From: a bacterium
GTDB taxonomy: Bacteria > JAHJDO01
DNA: 59,999 bases
Direction of reading: 5' to 3'
NCBI GenBank assembly: GCA_043824255.1
Contig: JBDRTG010000011.1
Coordinates: 1-59,999, forward strand
A program made the position numbers and the translations under genes. The notes under the pieces are model-generated. The model worked only from the letters and a program-made list of their open reading frames with translations, was not told the DNA's origin and ran no database searches. This document shows, piece by piece, positions 58,215-59,999 of the stretch; positions within the stretch are counted from its first letter, which is position 1, and each line of letters opens with the position of its first letter.

Positions 58215-58934
58215 TTGAGACGTGTTTCTGAAAAGTATATACTGATGGGAATAGGTGTAATAACACTGGTTACTCTTGGTATGTTATATGTTACGTTAGC
58301 TGGGCCTATACGAAAAAAGGAGCATATTGTAGAGAGTCAATATAATTCCAAATCTTCCAAGCTGAGAGAGTATTTGTCTGGAAGTGAAGGACCTCCATCC
58401 AAAAGGATTATCGAGGTATTGGAGGAGGGGAATAAGAGGTTAGAAAAAGAATATGAATTGGTAAAGAAACGGCTGACTTTTGAACAAAGCATTCAGATAC
58501 CAACATCAGGAAATCCTGCGCTTTTTTTTCAGCAGAGACTATCAACTGTAAGAGGACAGGTGCTTGAGCTCTCCAATAAATCAGGTGTAGAGATTCCTTC
58601 ATCATTGGGATTCTCAAATGCAATGCCTGATAGGGAACAGGTTCCCACTTTACTGAGGCAGCTTAAGGTTGTACAGGATATTCTTAAACTGGGTATCAAT
58701 AGCAACTTGCTCTCGATTAATAGCTTAGCATTTGGTGAGATTTCCGATGAATCTTATTTTGAAGAAGTTCCTATAAAGCTTACTGTGAGTGGCAATCTTA
58801 TGGCAATTGCTCAGTTTTTGTATAACGTGCAAAATGCTTCTGAATTATATGTTATAGAGAAGATCTCTATAACTTCAAAGGAAGCAAATATGCTTTCTAT
58901 TGAATTGTTGATAAATACAATTGTTTGGATTTAA
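58215..58934 (+). CDS. PilO-like (Amuc_1100-like) pilus assembly protein
   Basis: N-terminal TM, coiled coil, IPSSLGF, EVPIKLTVSG...FLY; position after pilMN. Confidence 0.7.
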   Translation: MRRVSEKYILMGIGVITLVTLGMLYVTLAGPIRKKEHIVESQYNSKSSKLREYLSGSEGPPSKRIIEVLEEGNKRLEKEYELVKKRLTFEQSIQIPTSGNPALFFQQRLSTVRGQVLELSNKSGVEIPSSLGFSNAMPDREQVPTLLRQLKVVQDILKLGINSNLLSINSLAFGEISDESYFEEVPIKLTVSGNLMAIAQFLYNVQNASELYVIEKISITSKEANMLSIELLINTIVWI

Positions 58935-58974
58935 ACCCACGATTTTTAAACCCACGATTTAAATCGTGGGTTTA
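58930..58974. repeat. Perfect 28-bp palindrome preceded by a duplicated half-site
   Basis: TAAACCCACGATTT-T-TAAACCCACGATTT-AAATCGTGGGTTTA. Confidence 0.8.
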
Positions 58975-59005
58975 GAGATGTGGAAAGATGTGGAGGTAAA
59001 AAGGC

Positions 59006-59575
59006 TTGACAGCGCTATTAATTCGAGTTTTAGTTATTCTCAAGGACAATTTTGAGAGAGTGATTTTTTGGCTTATTCTGGCTGTTTTTCTCTTTCTTTC
59101 TGTCAGACTGGGCATGCAGTGGGGTCATGATGAAGAAATAGGCATATCTGTAGAGGCTGAATTTGGGTTGGAACAAGGATATAATCCAGCTGTCTTGAAT
59201 AAGGATGTTCCAAAAGAGGAAACTTTGGGTGCTTCTGCCGGACTTTTTACTAAAAAACCGCTTCTATATTATCGTGATTTTTACAAACGTAACGCTTTTT
59301 CTCCCGTGCCAGGGCTTAAGATTAAAGAAGAGCCAGTAGTAGAAAAGAAAGTGGAAAAGAAAATAAAGCCAGCAGTAGAATATGAGTATATCGGTGTTAT
59401 TGATATTGGAGGACGACTGGTTGCAACGATAAGGAATAAAAGTACAGGAGAAGGATTTTATGTGGGGAAAGGTGAACTTGTTGAAAAACTTAAAGTTCTT
59501 GACATAACAAAAACTTACATGCTACTATCCGACGAAGACAAGAAGGAAGACATAAAGATAGAAATCAAGAAGTAG
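59006..59575 (+). CDS. PilP/GspC-like pilus assembly protein
   Basis: TM, RNAFSP, YIGVI....VATI, GE.V...KV..I; operon position. Confidence 0.6.
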   Translation: MTALLIRVLVILKDNFERVIFWLILAVFLFLSVRLGMQWGHDEEIGISVEAEFGLEQGYNPAVLNKDVPKEETLGASAGLFTKKPLLYYRDFYKRNAFSPVPGLKIKEEPVVEKKVEKKIKPAVEYEYIGVIDIGGRLVATIRNKSTGEGFYVGKGELVEKLKVLDITKTYMLLSDEDKKEDIKIEIKK

Positions 59576-59596
59576 TTTATTCCAGGAGGTTTAACA

Positions 59597-59999
59597 ATGA
59601 AAAGGTGTAGTTTAGGCGTAGTTCTGTTAGCTTTTTCCTTCCTGACTGTTCACTTTACGTGTCCGGAAGTATTTGATTTTTGCCCTCGGATCTCTTCAGC
59701 ATTTTCCAGTCAAGTTATTTATGCTGATACAGCTTTGTCAGAAAATGATCAGGGGAAAATAAAGGAGTATTATAAACTAGCTAGACAGTATTATAAGAGA
59801 GGAGACTACGAAAGAGCAATTATCGAGTGTCAGAAGGTGTGCGAGATTGACCAGTATAATGCAGGTGCTCACCGTCTTCTTAAGAAGGCGCAAGTTCGCA
59901 TGCAGAGAAAAAGAGAGAAAGAACTAGAGGAACAGCGTGAGAAAGAGGAGCTGGTGAAGAGACAAGCTGAGAAACAGAAACAGAAGAAGCTGGAGGAAT
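59597..59999 (+). CDS. Secreted TPR/coiled-coil protein (3' end runs off window), possibly a secretin N-terminus
   Basis: Not in ORF track. AGGAGG RBS; MKRCSLGVVLLAFSFL...YYKLARQYYKRGDYERAIIEC..V..ID..N; open to the window end. Confidence 0.7.
   Translation, partial: MKRCSLGVVLLAFSFLTVHFTCPEVFDFCPRISSAFSSQVIYADTALSENDQGKIKEYYKLARQYYKRGDYERAIIECQKVCEIDQYNAGAHRLLKKAQVRMQRKREKELEEQREKEELVKRQAEKQKQKKLEE

Overview
About 60 kb of AT-rich bacterial chromosome, probably from an anaerobic diderm (waaF, NfnAB, sulfide-dependent enzymes, PVC-like type IV pilus cluster; the taxonomy is inference). In order: an Rrf2-led sulfur operon (larE, rrf2, thi4, cysK, DUF39 homocysteine synthase); a restriction-modification island in which a complete LexA repressor is fused in frame to an m4C DNA methyltransferase, convergent on a C-protein plus MvaI/BcnI endonuclease; an arsenic-resistance operon (ArsP, thioredoxins, CcdA, ArsM, Acr3, and an unannotated 52-aa Cys-rich protein) headed by a DUF134 regulator with a perfect 26-bp operator; a two-gene carbohydrate cassette bounded by direct repeats; housekeeping genes (bioB/F/A, oppBC, nfnAB, waaF, cobS); hicBA; a ~1950-aa multi-LamG surface protein between ~88-bp direct repeats; an M28-peptidase/AAC(3) fusion operon; tRNA-Gly(TCC); and the start of a pilMN-O-P(-Q) cluster. 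Intergenic DNA holds three copies of an unidentified structured ~100-135 nt element, heptamer-repeat elements and REP-like hairpins. All product calls come from motif recognition by eye, not database searches.
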